Origin: Campylobacterales bacterium
Lineage (GTDB): Bacteria > Campylobacterota > Campylobacteria > Campylobacterales > Sulfurimonadaceae
DNA: 64,000 nucleotides
Reading direction: 5' to 3'
Assembly: GCA_038205935.1 (NCBI GenBank)
Contig: JBBRBK010000004.1
Span: forward strand, 22,484-86,483
This document shows, in pieces, positions 11,613 through 23,602 of this stretch. Made by a program: the position numbers and the translations under genes. A model generated the notes under the pieces. That model ran no database searches and was not told the origin of the DNA. It was given only the letters and a program-made list of their open reading frames with translations. The stretch's first letter is position 1. Every line of letters begins with the position of its first letter.

Positions 11613-12401
11613 ATGTTATATATCACCGTAGCACTCAGTGCCGAAGCCAGACCACTTATAGATCATTTTAAACTCACAAGAACTTATACTTTACCCTACA
11701 CAATGTTTGAAAATGAGCAGATAAAACTCATTGTCACAGGAGTGGGAATAGAGAACGCCATGATGGCAACAAGCGCTCTTTTAGGGCATTTTCCACCATC
11801 TAAAACCGATCTGCTTCTCAATCTCGGAATCTGTGCCGCACCGAAAAACTTTGAGATAGGTGAGGCGTTTTTAGCGCATAAAATCTGTTACAAAGATGGA
11901 TTCTATTTTCCAGATATTTTATTTGAGCACTCGTTAAAAGAAAGTGATATTCAGAGCGTCGATGAACCAACACAAGAGATGCTAGAACTTCCCGCAGATA
12001 TGGAAAGTTACGGCGTTTATAAAGCGGCTTCACGATTTTTCAGCACCCATCAAATGCTTTTTTTTAAGGTTGTCTCTGATCATTTTGAACCTTTACATGT
12101 AAACAAAGAACTTGCCATTAGTCTCATCTTTCAAAATCTAAAAAATCTTGACGCAGTGCTTCACTCAGCTGCTTATGTGAGTAACAAAGATCCTCTTTTT
12201 TCGCAAGAGGAAAAAGAGCTTATAGCTAGCATCTCAGATCATCTTACAAAAGCCCAATCTGATAGTTTTTATGATGCTTGCTGTTACTTCAAACTCCACC
12301 ATAAAAAACCTTTACATGTAGAGCTTCCAAGCAAGGAAAAACTATCCAAAAAAGAGAGGAGCGAGTATCTTGAGTCACTTATCAAAACCCTCACACTGTG
12401 A
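11613..12401 (+). CDS. Nucleoside phosphorylase-like protein (PNP/UDP/MTAN fold)
   Basis: LIVTGVG, LNLGIC, DMESYG and KVVSD motifs. Confidence 0.8.
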   Translation: MLYITVALSAEARPLIDHFKLTRTYTLPYTMFENEQIKLIVTGVGIENAMMATSALLGHFPPSKTDLLLNLGICAAPKNFEIGEAFLAHKICYKDGFYFPDILFEHSLKESDIQSVDEPTQEMLELPADMESYGVYKAASRFFSTHQMLFFKVVSDHFEPLHVNKELAISLIFQNLKNLDAVLHSAAYVSNKDPLFSQEEKELIASISDHLTKAQSDSFYDACCYFKLHHKKPLHVELPSKEKLSKKERSEYLESLIKTLTL

Positions 12402-13386
12402 CTTTTTCTCTCATCTTTACATAGAAGAAAGCGTCAAAGAAGAGGCGCTTACATGGAAGATAATGCAGAAGTTTTCAAACTCCAAAATCATCTTTATCAA
12501 ACACTACAAAGATCTTTTCAACCGTCCAAATCAGGATTTTGGAGTGCAAAGTAAAAGTAAAAATCTTATCTTAGCGCGAAGAGAAGCACCTTTTTTGTAT
12601 GAAGGTTCTTACTACAGCGACGGTTTTGAGTATGAACATTTCTTTTACACACCCTCAATTTTGGGCTGTTTATATGACTGTGAATATTGCTACCTCAGCG
12701 GAATGTATAACTCCGCAAACAGTGTCTTTTTTGTTAATACTCAGGATTTTTTTGACGCTGTTTTGCCTTATCTTGATAAACCTACACTTATTGCAATCTC
12801 TTATGACACCGACACTTTAGCCATTGAATCTCTCACTTCACACACAAAAGAGTGGATAGAGTTTGCTGCAAAACATCCAAATCTCCATCTTGAAGTGCGT
12901 ACAAAAAGTGCAAACTTTAAAGCACTTAAATCTCTTACATGTAACGATAATGTTGTTCTCGCATGGACACTTTCACCTCAAAAAATTATCGATTTGTATG
13001 AACATAAAACACCCTCTCTTGATAAAAGACTAAACTCCATCAAAGAGGCGATAGACGCTGGCTGGAGAGTGCGAGTCTGCATCGATCCTGTCATCTATAA
13101 TGAGGAGTTTAATGAACTGTATCCGCCTCTTATCGATAAACTTTTCAACACAATCGATGCCGATAAACTTTTTCAGCTGACACTCGGAAGTTTTCGTATG
13201 AGCTCAACGCATCTTAAAAAGATCAAAAAATTGCGAAGAAGCGACATCGCTTTTTACCCTTATGAGGTTAAAGACAATATCGTTTCTTATGGCAAAACCA
13301 TTGAGCAAAACATCTTACATGTAATGATACAACATGCTACAAAATATATCGACAAAGAGAGGATTAGAACATGGCAACTGCAGTAG
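12370..13386 (+). CDS. Radical SAM protein, spore photoproduct lyase (SplB)-like family
   Basis: GCLYDCEYCYL (CxxxCxxC), EVRTKS, AWTLSP and CIDPVI motifs. Confidence 0.85.
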   Translation: MSHLSKPSHCDFFSHLYIEESVKEEALTWKIMQKFSNSKIIFIKHYKDLFNRPNQDFGVQSKSKNLILARREAPFLYEGSYYSDGFEYEHFFYTPSILGCLYDCEYCYLSGMYNSANSVFFVNTQDFFDAVLPYLDKPTLIAISYDTDTLAIESLTSHTKEWIEFAAKHPNLHLEVRTKSANFKALKSLTCNDNVVLAWTLSPQKIIDLYEHKTPSLDKRLNSIKEAIDAGWRVRVCIDPVIYNEEFNELYPPLIDKLFNTIDADKLFQLTLGSFRMSSTHLKKIKKLRRSDIAFYPYEVKDNIVSYGKTIEQNILHVMIQHATKYIDKERIRTWQLQ

Positions 13387-14066
13387 TTACAGGCGCGAGC
13401 CGAGGGATCGGAGAAGCACTCTCACAGAGACTTTTAGAGCTTGGTTATAACGTAATCGGAATTAGTAGAACTGTTCATGAAAATCCTATTCATCATGCAA
13501 ACTTCAAACCGCTTTCATGCGACCTCAGCGATGAAATTATGACAGCTTCTATCCTAACACTTTTACAAACTGACCCATCTATAACCATCCTTTGCAATGT
13601 CGCTGGATTTGGCATTTTTGAGCCGCATGAAGAGATCGATGCACAGACCATCACAAAAATGGTCACGCTTAACCTCACAGCTCCTATGATGCTGAGTAAC
13701 GGACTTTTAAGGGCGTTAAAATTCAATGAAGGGATCATCTTCAATATTACTTCCATCGAAGCCCTTCGCCACTCCAAGTTTTCAGCTATCTACACAGCGA
13801 CAAAAGCCGGTCTTCGTGCGTTTAGTCTCTCGCTTTTTGAAGAGGTAAGAAAAAGCGGAGTCAATGTCGTGAGCATAAATCCAGATATGACAGCGACCTC
13901 TTTCTTTGATGAACTCCGCTTTGAGACTTCACAAGAGTTTGACAAACGCCTAGAAGCCGAAGATATAGCCGATACAGTCCAAAATATTCTTCAAATGAGA
14001 AACGGCGTCGCAATTACAGATATTACGATTCGTCCGCAAAAATTTGGTATTGAGAAGAAAAAATAA
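13371..14066 (+). CDS. Short-chain dehydrogenase/reductase
   Basis: VVTGASRGIG and YTATK (YxxxK) motifs. Confidence 0.93.
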   Translation: MATAVVTGASRGIGEALSQRLLELGYNVIGISRTVHENPIHHANFKPLSCDLSDEIMTASILTLLQTDPSITILCNVAGFGIFEPHEEIDAQTITKMVTLNLTAPMMLSNGLLRALKFNEGIIFNITSIEALRHSKFSAIYTATKAGLRAFSLSLFEEVRKSGVNVVSINPDMTATSFFDELRFETSQEFDKRLEAEDIADTVQNILQMRNGVAITDITIRPQKFGIEKKK

Positions 14067-14071
14067 TCCTC

Positions 14072-14087
14072 TGGAATCTTTTTTGCT
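14072..14087 (+). promoter_or_regulatory. sigma54 (-24/-12) promoter upstream of fliD
   Basis: TGGAATCTTTTTTGCT fits GG-N10-GC. Confidence 0.7.
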
Positions 14088-14091
14088 TTGT

Positions 14092-14118
14092 TAAACAATA
14101 ACAAAACTCTGTCGATAG
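14092..14118 (+). promoter_or_regulatory. sigma28 (FliA) promoter upstream of fliD
   Basis: TAAA-N15-GTCGATAG. Confidence 0.75.
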
Positions 14119-14157
14119 TAGCTTCAGAAACAAATTATAGATTTTAAAGGATTTATT

Positions 14158-15891
14158 ATGGCAACTGGGGTAGTAAATTCACTCGGTATCGGTTCTGGTG
14201 TTTTAACTTCAAATGTTATCGATCAGTTAAAGGCAAATGATACTGCGCATTTGATCACACCTATTGATAAAAAGATCACAGTCAATACACAAAAGCAGCA
14301 AGATATCAATCTTTTACAAAGTTTAGTTTCCTCTTTTAGCGGTTCTGTTTCCGCTTTGAGCAGTAGCTCTCTTTACCAAAATAGAACAGTTACCGGTTCC
14401 AATACTGGTGTAAGTGTTACTGCAAGTGCGGGTGCGGATATACAAAATTTTTCTATTTCTAATACAAAACTAGCGACGAGTGATATTTTACAATCTGGTA
14501 GTTTCAGTGATCCTACAGCTCTAATAGCTCCAACAGCGCCAATAGTGCCACCAGGAACGCCAGCAAAGCTTAACCTTAACATCAATGGTAAAGACTATAA
14601 AATCGATTATGACTCAAGTACGACATGGCAGGCTCTTCGAACAAGCATTACTGACGCTGCCGGAGCAGATGTAAAAGCTAGCGTTTTACAGACTGGAAAT
14701 GGTGCATATAGCCTCGTACTGAGTTCAAACAATACAGGCAAAAATCAACAGATCACATTAACTGATCTCAGCGGAAAGATAGACTCAAAGCTTTTGGGAA
14801 GCACTCTTCAGTCAGGAGCATTTGCTTTAAGTTCCGATTTTATTGCTACCACAGGACAGAGTGGTTCTCTCACCCTTAGTACGGGGGGAACAATTAACTA
14901 CCCAATAAACACAAGTGTCACCGATCTTGCAAATTTGATCAATAATGATCCGACGGCTAGTGCCAATGTTACGGCACGCGTTATACAAAATGATGTCGGT
15001 ACATACAATCTTGTTTTAAGTGCTAAAGGTAGCGCACAAGGTGCTCCTGTCTCACTCACCGATAATAGTGGCACTTTAAATGCACAACTACAAATACCAG
15101 CTGTCACATCAACAACGGGTGGAGCTTCTGATATTCAGTCTGCTTCAGATGCTTCTTTTTTATATAATGGAATCAATATCACAAGAGGTTCCAATACTAT
15201 CACAGATCTAAGCTCAGGAGTTACCATCAACTTGTTGACGGATAATTCTAGTACAAATATCGGTATTACTCAAGATACACAGCCTATCAAAGATGCAATG
15301 TCGAATATGACAACTAGCTATAATACTATGCTAAAACAGCTCCAAACTTTAACAAATAGTAATAAAGCAAACGGTGCGATTGGTAGTTATAGCGGAGACA
15401 GTACGCTCAATGGCATTGACAGAGCAATCAAAAATATTTTGACATCTGTAGATCCATCCAGCGGACTTGGATTAACACAATATGGTCTCAATATCAATCA
15501 AGATGGATCACTGAGCTTTGATTCCACAGCTTTCGATACGCAAAATACGGCAAATTCAAATGCACTTGCTTCCTATTTTAGCGGTGGCACAACAGTAGAT
15601 GCTCAAGGTAAATCTACTACATCTGTTGGAGTGTTCAACACCCTTCATAGTGATCTTAGTAGTCTTACGAATACAACGAACGGAACACTTACAAATCTAT
15701 TTACAGGGCTTACAACGCAGGAAACTACACTACAAGCAAACAAAACGAGGGCTATGGATCTACTCAATGCCAGATACACCACACTTACTAGTAAATTTAT
15801 CGCGTATGATGCAATGATAAGCAAACTAAACAATCAATTTTCTTCTCTTTCACAACAGATATCGATGGCAGTAAACGGAACAAACAAATAA
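14158..15891 (+). CDS. fliD: Flagellar filament capping protein
   Basis: N-terminal SLGIGSGVLT; YNGINITRGSNTITDL; C-terminal helical region; followed by fliS. Confidence 0.95.
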   Translation: MATGVVNSLGIGSGVLTSNVIDQLKANDTAHLITPIDKKITVNTQKQQDINLLQSLVSSFSGSVSALSSSSLYQNRTVTGSNTGVSVTASAGADIQNFSISNTKLATSDILQSGSFSDPTALIAPTAPIVPPGTPAKLNLNINGKDYKIDYDSSTTWQALRTSITDAAGADVKASVLQTGNGAYSLVLSSNNTGKNQQITLTDLSGKIDSKLLGSTLQSGAFALSSDFIATTGQSGSLTLSTGGTINYPINTSVTDLANLINNDPTASANVTARVIQNDVGTYNLVLSAKGSAQGAPVSLTDNSGTLNAQLQIPAVTSTTGGASDIQSASDASFLYNGINITRGSNTITDLSSGVTINLLTDNSSTNIGITQDTQPIKDAMSNMTTSYNTMLKQLQTLTNSNKANGAIGSYSGDSTLNGIDRAIKNILTSVDPSSGLGLTQYGLNINQDGSLSFDSTAFDTQNTANSNALASYFSGGTTVDAQGKSTTSVGVFNTLHSDLSSLTNTTNGTLTNLFTGLTTQETTLQANKTRAMDLLNARYTTLTSKFIAYDAMISKLNNQFSSLSQQISMAVNGTNK

Positions 15892-15916
15892 TTAATAAAC
15901 AGTAAGGAATATCATT

Positions 15917-16294
15917 ATGTACCAAAATAACGCTTACAACACATACACGCAGAACAATTTCGAGATAGAATCTCCTCAAAAACTCATTGAGATGCTCTAT
16001 GAAGGTATTCTCCGCTTTAATACGCAGGCAAAACGAGCTATCAAAGACAACAATATAGAGAAACGTACGTACTGGATCAATCGTTCAAATGCAATATTTA
16101 TAGAACTACTGAATATTTTAGATGTTCAAAATGGTGAAAAAGCTGCAAAGTATTTGCATGGTCTTTACACTTATCAACTTACTCTACTAATCAAGGCAAA
16201 TATGCAAAATAATGCTGATCATCTCGATGAAGTTAATAGCGTTATAAGAGGACTTCTTGAAGCGTGGAGAGATGTGACGAATGTGGCTGGGTGA
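15917..16294 (+). CDS. fliS: Flagellin export chaperone
   Basis: SPQKLIEMLYEG and LLEAW motifs. Confidence 0.96.
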   Translation: MYQNNAYNTYTQNNFEIESPQKLIEMLYEGILRFNTQAKRAIKDNNIEKRTYWINRSNAIFIELLNILDVQNGEKAAKYLHGLYTYQLTLLIKANMQNNADHLDEVNSVIRGLLEAWRDVTNVAG

Positions 16295-16535
16295 GTTTAA
16301 AGTTGCCATTATCACAAAAGATATACAAAAGATAGATAAGTTGATCCCCCAAATGCCACAATTTGAAGCGCTCGACGAGATGCAGGAAGCTTTTTATCTT
16401 TTCAAGCAAGCAGAGGAGCTTCTGCACAATCTTAAAGATGAAACAGCCATCGCCATGAAAAAAGTCAAAGACTCGATTCGCTACATGGAGTCAACAAGTA
16501 TAGATGCCGCTCCAAAACTTGATATAATGCAATAA
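16281..16535 (+). CDS. Small helical protein following fliS (possibly FliT-like)
   Basis: 84 aa; overlaps the fliS stop; usual position in Campylobacterota fliD-fliS operons. Confidence 0.65.
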   Translation: MWLGEFKVAIITKDIQKIDKLIPQMPQFEALDEMQEAFYLFKQAEELLHNLKDETAIAMKKVKDSIRYMESTSIDAAPKLDIMQ

Positions 16536-16542
16536 ACAATAA

Positions 16543-18703
<2,161 letters not shown>

Positions 18704-18707
<4 letters not shown>

Positions 18708-19156
18708 TTTTTAAGCCATTTGGCTAAAAATGCATTCAGCTGATTTGCAAACTCGTGGGCATCTTTTTGACTAAATGGCTTTGGTCCTCTTGTCATCTCT
18801 CCACTCTCACGGATCGACTCCATTAGATTCCTCATCGCAAGATATTGTTTTATATTATCCACGCTGTAAAGCTCGCCACGATGGTCAATGGCGTGAGCAT
18901 TTTTCGCTATCACGCGGTCTGCTAGAGGGATATCGGCTGTAATCACCAAATCCCCAATCTCCACCATTTCCACTATTCTGTGGTCAGCTTCATCTGCGCC
19001 CTGCTCCACAATAAGATAGCTCACAAATCCAGAATCTCCAATATTTATCTTCTTATTTGCCACCACAAAAGTCTCTAAAGCGAGTCTTTCAATACTTCGT
19101 AGCACAATGGGTTTTAAGAGATTTGGAAAGGCATCTCCGTCGATAAAGAGCCTCAT
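18704..19156 (-). CDS. YaiI/YqxD (DUF188) family protein
   Basis: IDGDAFP, DEADHRIV and DLVITADIPLA motifs. Confidence 0.9.
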
Positions 19157-19351
19157 CTAACCGTATATCTCAGCAACGCGACCGACCTCTTTGCTCATAA
19201 GACGCACTTTAATGCCGTGAGGATGAAAAGTGGAATTTGTCAAAATATCGCGAACCACACCGTCTGTTAATTTTCCCGTGTCTTGGTCTTGCTTTAAAAC
19301 TATAGCCACACGTATGCCGCTTCGTATATTTTTACGCTCTCTTCTGTCCAT
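19157..19351 (-). CDS. YwbE (DUF2196) family protein
   Basis: IVLKQDQDTGKLT...HPHGIKVRL. Confidence 0.88.
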   Translation of the reverse strand: MDRRERKNIRSGIRVAIVLKQDQDTGKLTDGVVRDILTNSTFHPHGIKVRLMSKEVGRVAEIYG

Positions 19352-19436
19352 TTGATTATCCTATATTAGACTATATGTAGCTATAATTATACTCTATGTT
19401 AACATACGATTGAATTTTTAAAAAGATGGTGAAAAG

Positions 19437-20135
19437 ATGAGTAGTATTTGTATTATTCCAGCGCGTGGTGGAAGTAAAAGAATCCCTAGAAAAAATATCA
19501 AAGAGTTTTTTGGAAAACCACTTATCGCTTACTCCATAGAAGTTGCTCTTGAATCCAAACTTTTTGATAAAGTACTCGTTTCAACCGATGATGAAGAGAT
19601 AGCAGAAGTTGCAAGAAAATATGGTGCACAAGTACCATTTTTACGACCAAAAGAGTTGAGTGATGATTTTACTGTTACAAAAGATGTCATCGATCATGCC
19701 CTGAATTATCTCAAAGAAAAAGGCGAGACTTACGACTACTTATGTACCCTCTACGCCACAGCACCTCTTCTTCAATCCAAATACCTCATTGAAGGGTATG
19801 AAAAACTAAAAAATAGTGATGCCGTAAATGTATTTAGTGCCACTTCCATGCCCTTTCCAATTCAAAGAACTTTTAAGCTCACAAAAGATGGAAGATGTGA
19901 GATGTTCACACCAGAGCATTACTTAACAAGAAGCCAAGATTTAGAAGAAGCTTATCAAGATGCGGGTCAATTTTACTGGACAAAGCTCCATGAAAATTCA
20001 AAAGAGATTATGTTTGGAAAAGATAGTATACCTATCATCCTACCCCGATATTTGGTTCAGGATATCGACACTTTGGAAGATTGGCAGAGGGCTGAGTTTA
20101 TGTATGAAGCGATACAAAGATCAAAGCAATCATGA
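19437..20135 (+). CDS. pseF: Pseudaminic acid cytidylyltransferase
   Basis: IIPARGGSKRIPRKNI, DAGQFYW and QDIDTLEDW motifs. Confidence 0.94.
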   Translation: MSSICIIPARGGSKRIPRKNIKEFFGKPLIAYSIEVALESKLFDKVLVSTDDEEIAEVARKYGAQVPFLRPKELSDDFTVTKDVIDHALNYLKEKGETYDYLCTLYATAPLLQSKYLIEGYEKLKNSDAVNVFSATSMPFPIQRTFKLTKDGRCEMFTPEHYLTRSQDLEEAYQDAGQFYWTKLHENSKEIMFGKDSIPIILPRYLVQDIDTLEDWQRAEFMYEAIQRSKQS

Positions 20136-21079
20136 ATATTTTATTTAGAGCAGATTCATCTAGCACTATTGGTACCGGCCATATTATGAGAGACTTAGTG
20201 TTGGCCTCTCAACTAAGCAAAGAATATCCAGATGCCAATGTAATTTTTGCCACTCAAAACTTAGAGGATAATATAAACTACAAAATTATAGATGCAGGGT
20301 ATAAGATCATTCCTCTTAATTCAAATCAAAAAGAAGAGCTTTTACCTATTTTAAACTCCTTACATGCGGAGTGCCCCGAGGGTGTAGAGCTTTTAGTAAT
20401 AGATCATTATGGTATCGGCTACGAATTTGAAAGTTACATAAAAGAAAGTTCACATGTTAAGATTTTGGCGTTTGATGATACGTATGAAAAACATGCATGC
20501 GATATACTTCTAAACCACAACATCAGTGCGGACAAAAAACGATATAAAAACTTAGTTCCAAAAGAATGCGAACTTAGGTGTGGAGCAAAATACACACTAT
20601 TAAGAGATGAGTTTTACAAAGAAAAAAAGAAAATCAAAAAAAGAAAATCAAAAAAAGAAAACTCTGATATCGCTGTTTTTTTAGCAATGGGCGGAGCAGA
20701 TACAGCAAATCTTAATATCAAAATTTTAAAAGTATTGAAAAAATTTGAAAACATAAAAGTCAATCTTGTAACCACAACAGCAAATAAGAATCTAAATAAG
20801 TTAAAAAACTATTGTAAAAATAAAGAATGGATAAAGTTACATGTAAACTCGGACAGAGTGGCAAAACATATGAGAAAATCTGACTTTGCAATCATTACTC
20901 CAAGTGTCACAGCAAACGAAGCATATTTTATGGAACTTCCTTTTCTTGCTATTAAAACTGCTGAAAATCAAGATGATATGTACAAATATCTTGATAATAA
21001 AAAATATTTTGTCCTAAAAGCATTTAAAAAAAACAGACTTCATGTATACATCAAGCAAATACTTATAAGGAGAGCATAA
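20132..21079 (+). CDS. pseG: UDP-2,4-diacetamido-2,4,6-trideoxy-beta-L-altropyranose hydrolase
   Basis: FRADSSSTIGTGHIMR, VIDHY and MGGAD motifs. Confidence 0.93.
   Translation: MNILFRADSSSTIGTGHIMRDLVLASQLSKEYPDANVIFATQNLEDNINYKIIDAGYKIIPLNSNQKEELLPILNSLHAECPEGVELLVIDHYGIGYEFESYIKESSHVKILAFDDTYEKHACDILLNHNISADKKRYKNLVPKECELRCGAKYTLLRDEFYKEKKKIKKRKSKKENSDIAVFLAMGGADTANLNIKILKVLKKFENIKVNLVTTTANKNLNKLKNYCKNKEWIKLHVNSDRVAKHMRKSDFAIITPSVTANEAYFMELPFLAIKTAENQDDMYKYLDNKKYFVLKAFKKNRLHVYIKQILIRRA
20367..20384 (-). mobile_element. 18-bp element inserted in a TACATGTA site inside pseG (adds AECPEG)
   Basis: Plus strand reads TTACATG[CGGAGTGCCCCGAGGGTG]TAG; the reverse complement CACCCTCGGGGCACTCCG matches the other two copies. 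Confidence 0.75.
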
Positions 21080-21080
21080 A

Positions 21081-21767
21081 ATGACAGTTGCGGTCTTTGC
21101 AGACATTCATGGCAATGTTGCTTCTCTTGAAAAAGGTTTAAGAATTATGGAAAGTCTTAAACCTGATCAATACTTATTCTTAGGCGATATGGCTGGATAT
21201 TATTATTATCAAAATGAATCTATAGAACTACTTAATAGTTTAGATAATTTAATATCAATCAAAGGCAATCATGATGAGTATTTTATCAATTCTTTAAATG
21301 ATATAGATAAATTAAAAAAGCTTGATCAAAAATATGGAAAATCTTACTCACTGTTATCTAAATCCCTAACACAACAAAGTAAAATCTTCTTTGACAATTT
21401 ATTAGAATATGAGAAAAACAATTACTATGAAGCATATCATGGTTCACCAAATAATTACACTGAAGAATATATTTATCCAGATACAGTTATAGATTTTCCA
21501 AGCAGTACCCCTTTTATTTTTTTAGGACATACTCACTATCCAATGAATAGAACCATAAAAGATACACTAATAATCAATCCAGGTTCTATTGGTCAGCCAA
21601 GAGATTTTAATCAAGCATCCTTTTCAATAATAGATTTAAAAGATAAAAAAATTGAAAACATCAGATATACATACAATCAGAATGGATTGCAAAAAAAAAT
21701 TATCGAGCTAAATGACAAACAATATTTGTCTGATGTCTTAAAAAGAGTCAAAAATGAAGCAAATTAA
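21081..21767 (+). CDS. Metallophosphoesterase family protein
   Basis: ADIHGN, GD, GNHD, HGSP, GHTH and NPGSIGQPRD motifs. Confidence 0.9.
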   Translation: MTVAVFADIHGNVASLEKGLRIMESLKPDQYLFLGDMAGYYYYQNESIELLNSLDNLISIKGNHDEYFINSLNDIDKLKKLDQKYGKSYSLLSKSLTQQSKIFFDNLLEYEKNNYYEAYHGSPNNYTEEYIYPDTVIDFPSSTPFIFLGHTHYPMNRTIKDTLIINPGSIGQPRDFNQASFSIIDLKDKKIENIRYTYNQNGLQKKIIELNDKQYLSDVLKRVKNEAN

Positions 21768-22719
21768 TATTTTAATCACCGCGATCGGTGGTGATATAGG
21801 CGCAAATATTGCTAATATACTATATGAACAAAACAAAAGGTTTAATATTTTTGGTACTGATATAAACGAAAAGGTTTTCAATATTAACAAAGTAAAGAAA
21901 TTCTATAAAGTCGATGCGTGCGAAAACTCAAACTATCTAAATCAGATATTAAAGATTGTAAAAGACCATTCTATTGAGATAATCATTCCTGTATCAGAAA
22001 AAGAAATACTATGGTTTAACAAAAATAGAAATATATTTGATGATTTAAATATTAAATTAATAATCAATAGTGAAAATACAATTAACACATTTTTAAATAA
22101 ACTTGAAACAAGTAGCGCCCTAAATAAGCTTTTGGTTGATACTCCACAAACGTATTTACTTAGTTCATTCAAAAATCAAATAAGCTTTCCTTTAGTCTTA
22201 AAAGCTATCTCTTCTGTACAAACAAAAGATATCTATTTTCTTAAAGAGCAAAATCAACTTGATTATTTGAAGTGTTCCATCAATAATCATAATGATTACA
22301 TAATCCAAAAAAATATAGGATCTGTTGATGAAGAATATACCACAACCGTCTATCGTTCAGATCAGAAATTGGAGGTTATAAGTTTTCAAAGGAAATTATC
22401 TGCGGGAATGACCTCTTTTGCAACCATATCAAATGATAAAATGCTCAAAGATCATGCCAAAAAGATAGCTGTATCCTTCAATCTTCATGGAAGTATAAAT
22501 ATTCAAAGCAGAAAGGTGGATAATAAATTTTACATTTTTGAAATTAATCCAAGAATTTCAAGCACTGTTTATATAAGAAATCATTTTGGCTTTCATGACC
22601 TCTTATGGTGGATTGAAGACACTTTGAATATAGTACTATTGAAGAGTCAGCAAATTCATGTCGATTTAGTTGGAACTGCCATTTTGGGATATCAATATAA
22701 ATTTTTTAAGGAAGAATGA
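21754..22719 (+). CDS. ATP-grasp domain protein (CarB-like)
   Basis: ILITAIGG, EEYT and FEINPRISS motifs. Confidence 0.85.
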   Translation: MKQINILITAIGGDIGANIANILYEQNKRFNIFGTDINEKVFNINKVKKFYKVDACENSNYLNQILKIVKDHSIEIIIPVSEKEILWFNKNRNIFDDLNIKLIINSENTINTFLNKLETSSALNKLLVDTPQTYLLSSFKNQISFPLVLKAISSVQTKDIYFLKEQNQLDYLKCSINNHNDYIIQKNIGSVDEEYTTTVYRSDQKLEVISFQRKLSAGMTSFATISNDKMLKDHAKKIAVSFNLHGSINIQSRKVDNKFYIFEINPRISSTVYIRNHFGFHDLLWWIEDTLNIVLLKSQQIHVDLVGTAILGYQYKFFKEE

Positions 22720-22723
22720 AACA

Positions 22724-23602
22724 ATGGAAAAAGTAATTAAAAATAAAAATGGTTTTTTTAGTGTAAAAGAACTTCCCACACAACAAGAGTTAGAAACTTA
22801 TTACTCAGAAAAATATTATCAAAATGAGTCGATACAATACTCAAATAGTTATTCAAAAGATGAGTTGAAATACTTTGAAAATAGAGCAAAAGTAGCAGAT
22901 AAAATCTATCATGATTTCATTGAAACAAAAAATAAAACTCTCTTAGAAGTTGGTGCTGGAGAAGGTTTTTTTTCTCACTATTTTTTTTCTCATCATTGGA
23001 ATGTGACAACATTAGATTATTCAGATTATGGAATAAAACATCATAATCCAGATTTACTACCTACGCTCATTAAAGGGGATATATACAACTCATTGGAAAG
23101 TTTAATAGCGCAAAATAGCAAATTTGATTTTATTAATCTCTCGAATGTTCTCGAACATGTTCTGAATCCTGAGGAGTTATTAGAACAACTTAAAATGCTT
23201 TTAGCAAAAAATTCACTCCTTAGAATTTCTGTTCCCAATGACTACTCAAATTTTCAGGAATTTTTAATGGAGAAAAATTATACTTCTAATACTTGGCTTT
23301 GTCCACCAGAACACTTACACTATTTTACTTTTGATTCATTATCAAATCTTCTTCTCTCTGTGGGATATAAAGTAACACTCACAATGGGAGAGTTTCCTAT
23401 TGAACTCTTTTTGAGCAACGAATCATCAAATTATGCACAAGATAGAGATAAAGGCAAATTTGCACACAAATCAAGAATTGAAGTAGATAATTTTCTCTTT
23501 AATCAAGGAGTAGACAAATATATTAATTTTTATGAAATAAGTGCCAAAATAGGACTTTCTCGACAAGTTGTTATCTATGCTACATTAGACGAGATACTAT
23601 GA
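22724..23602 (+). CDS. Class I SAM-dependent methyltransferase
   Basis: LLEVGAGEG, NVLEHV, SVPND and PEHLHYF motifs; ATG at 22724 preferred. Confidence 0.88.
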   Translation: MEKVIKNKNGFFSVKELPTQQELETYYSEKYYQNESIQYSNSYSKDELKYFENRAKVADKIYHDFIETKNKTLLEVGAGEGFFSHYFFSHHWNVTTLDYSDYGIKHHNPDLLPTLIKGDIYNSLESLIAQNSKFDFINLSNVLEHVLNPEELLEQLKMLLAKNSLLRISVPNDYSNFQEFLMEKNYTSNTWLCPPEHLHYFTFDSLSNLLLSVGYKVTLTMGEFPIELFLSNESSNYAQDRDKGKFAHKSRIEVDNFLFNQGVDKYINFYEISAKIGLSRQVVIYATLDEIL

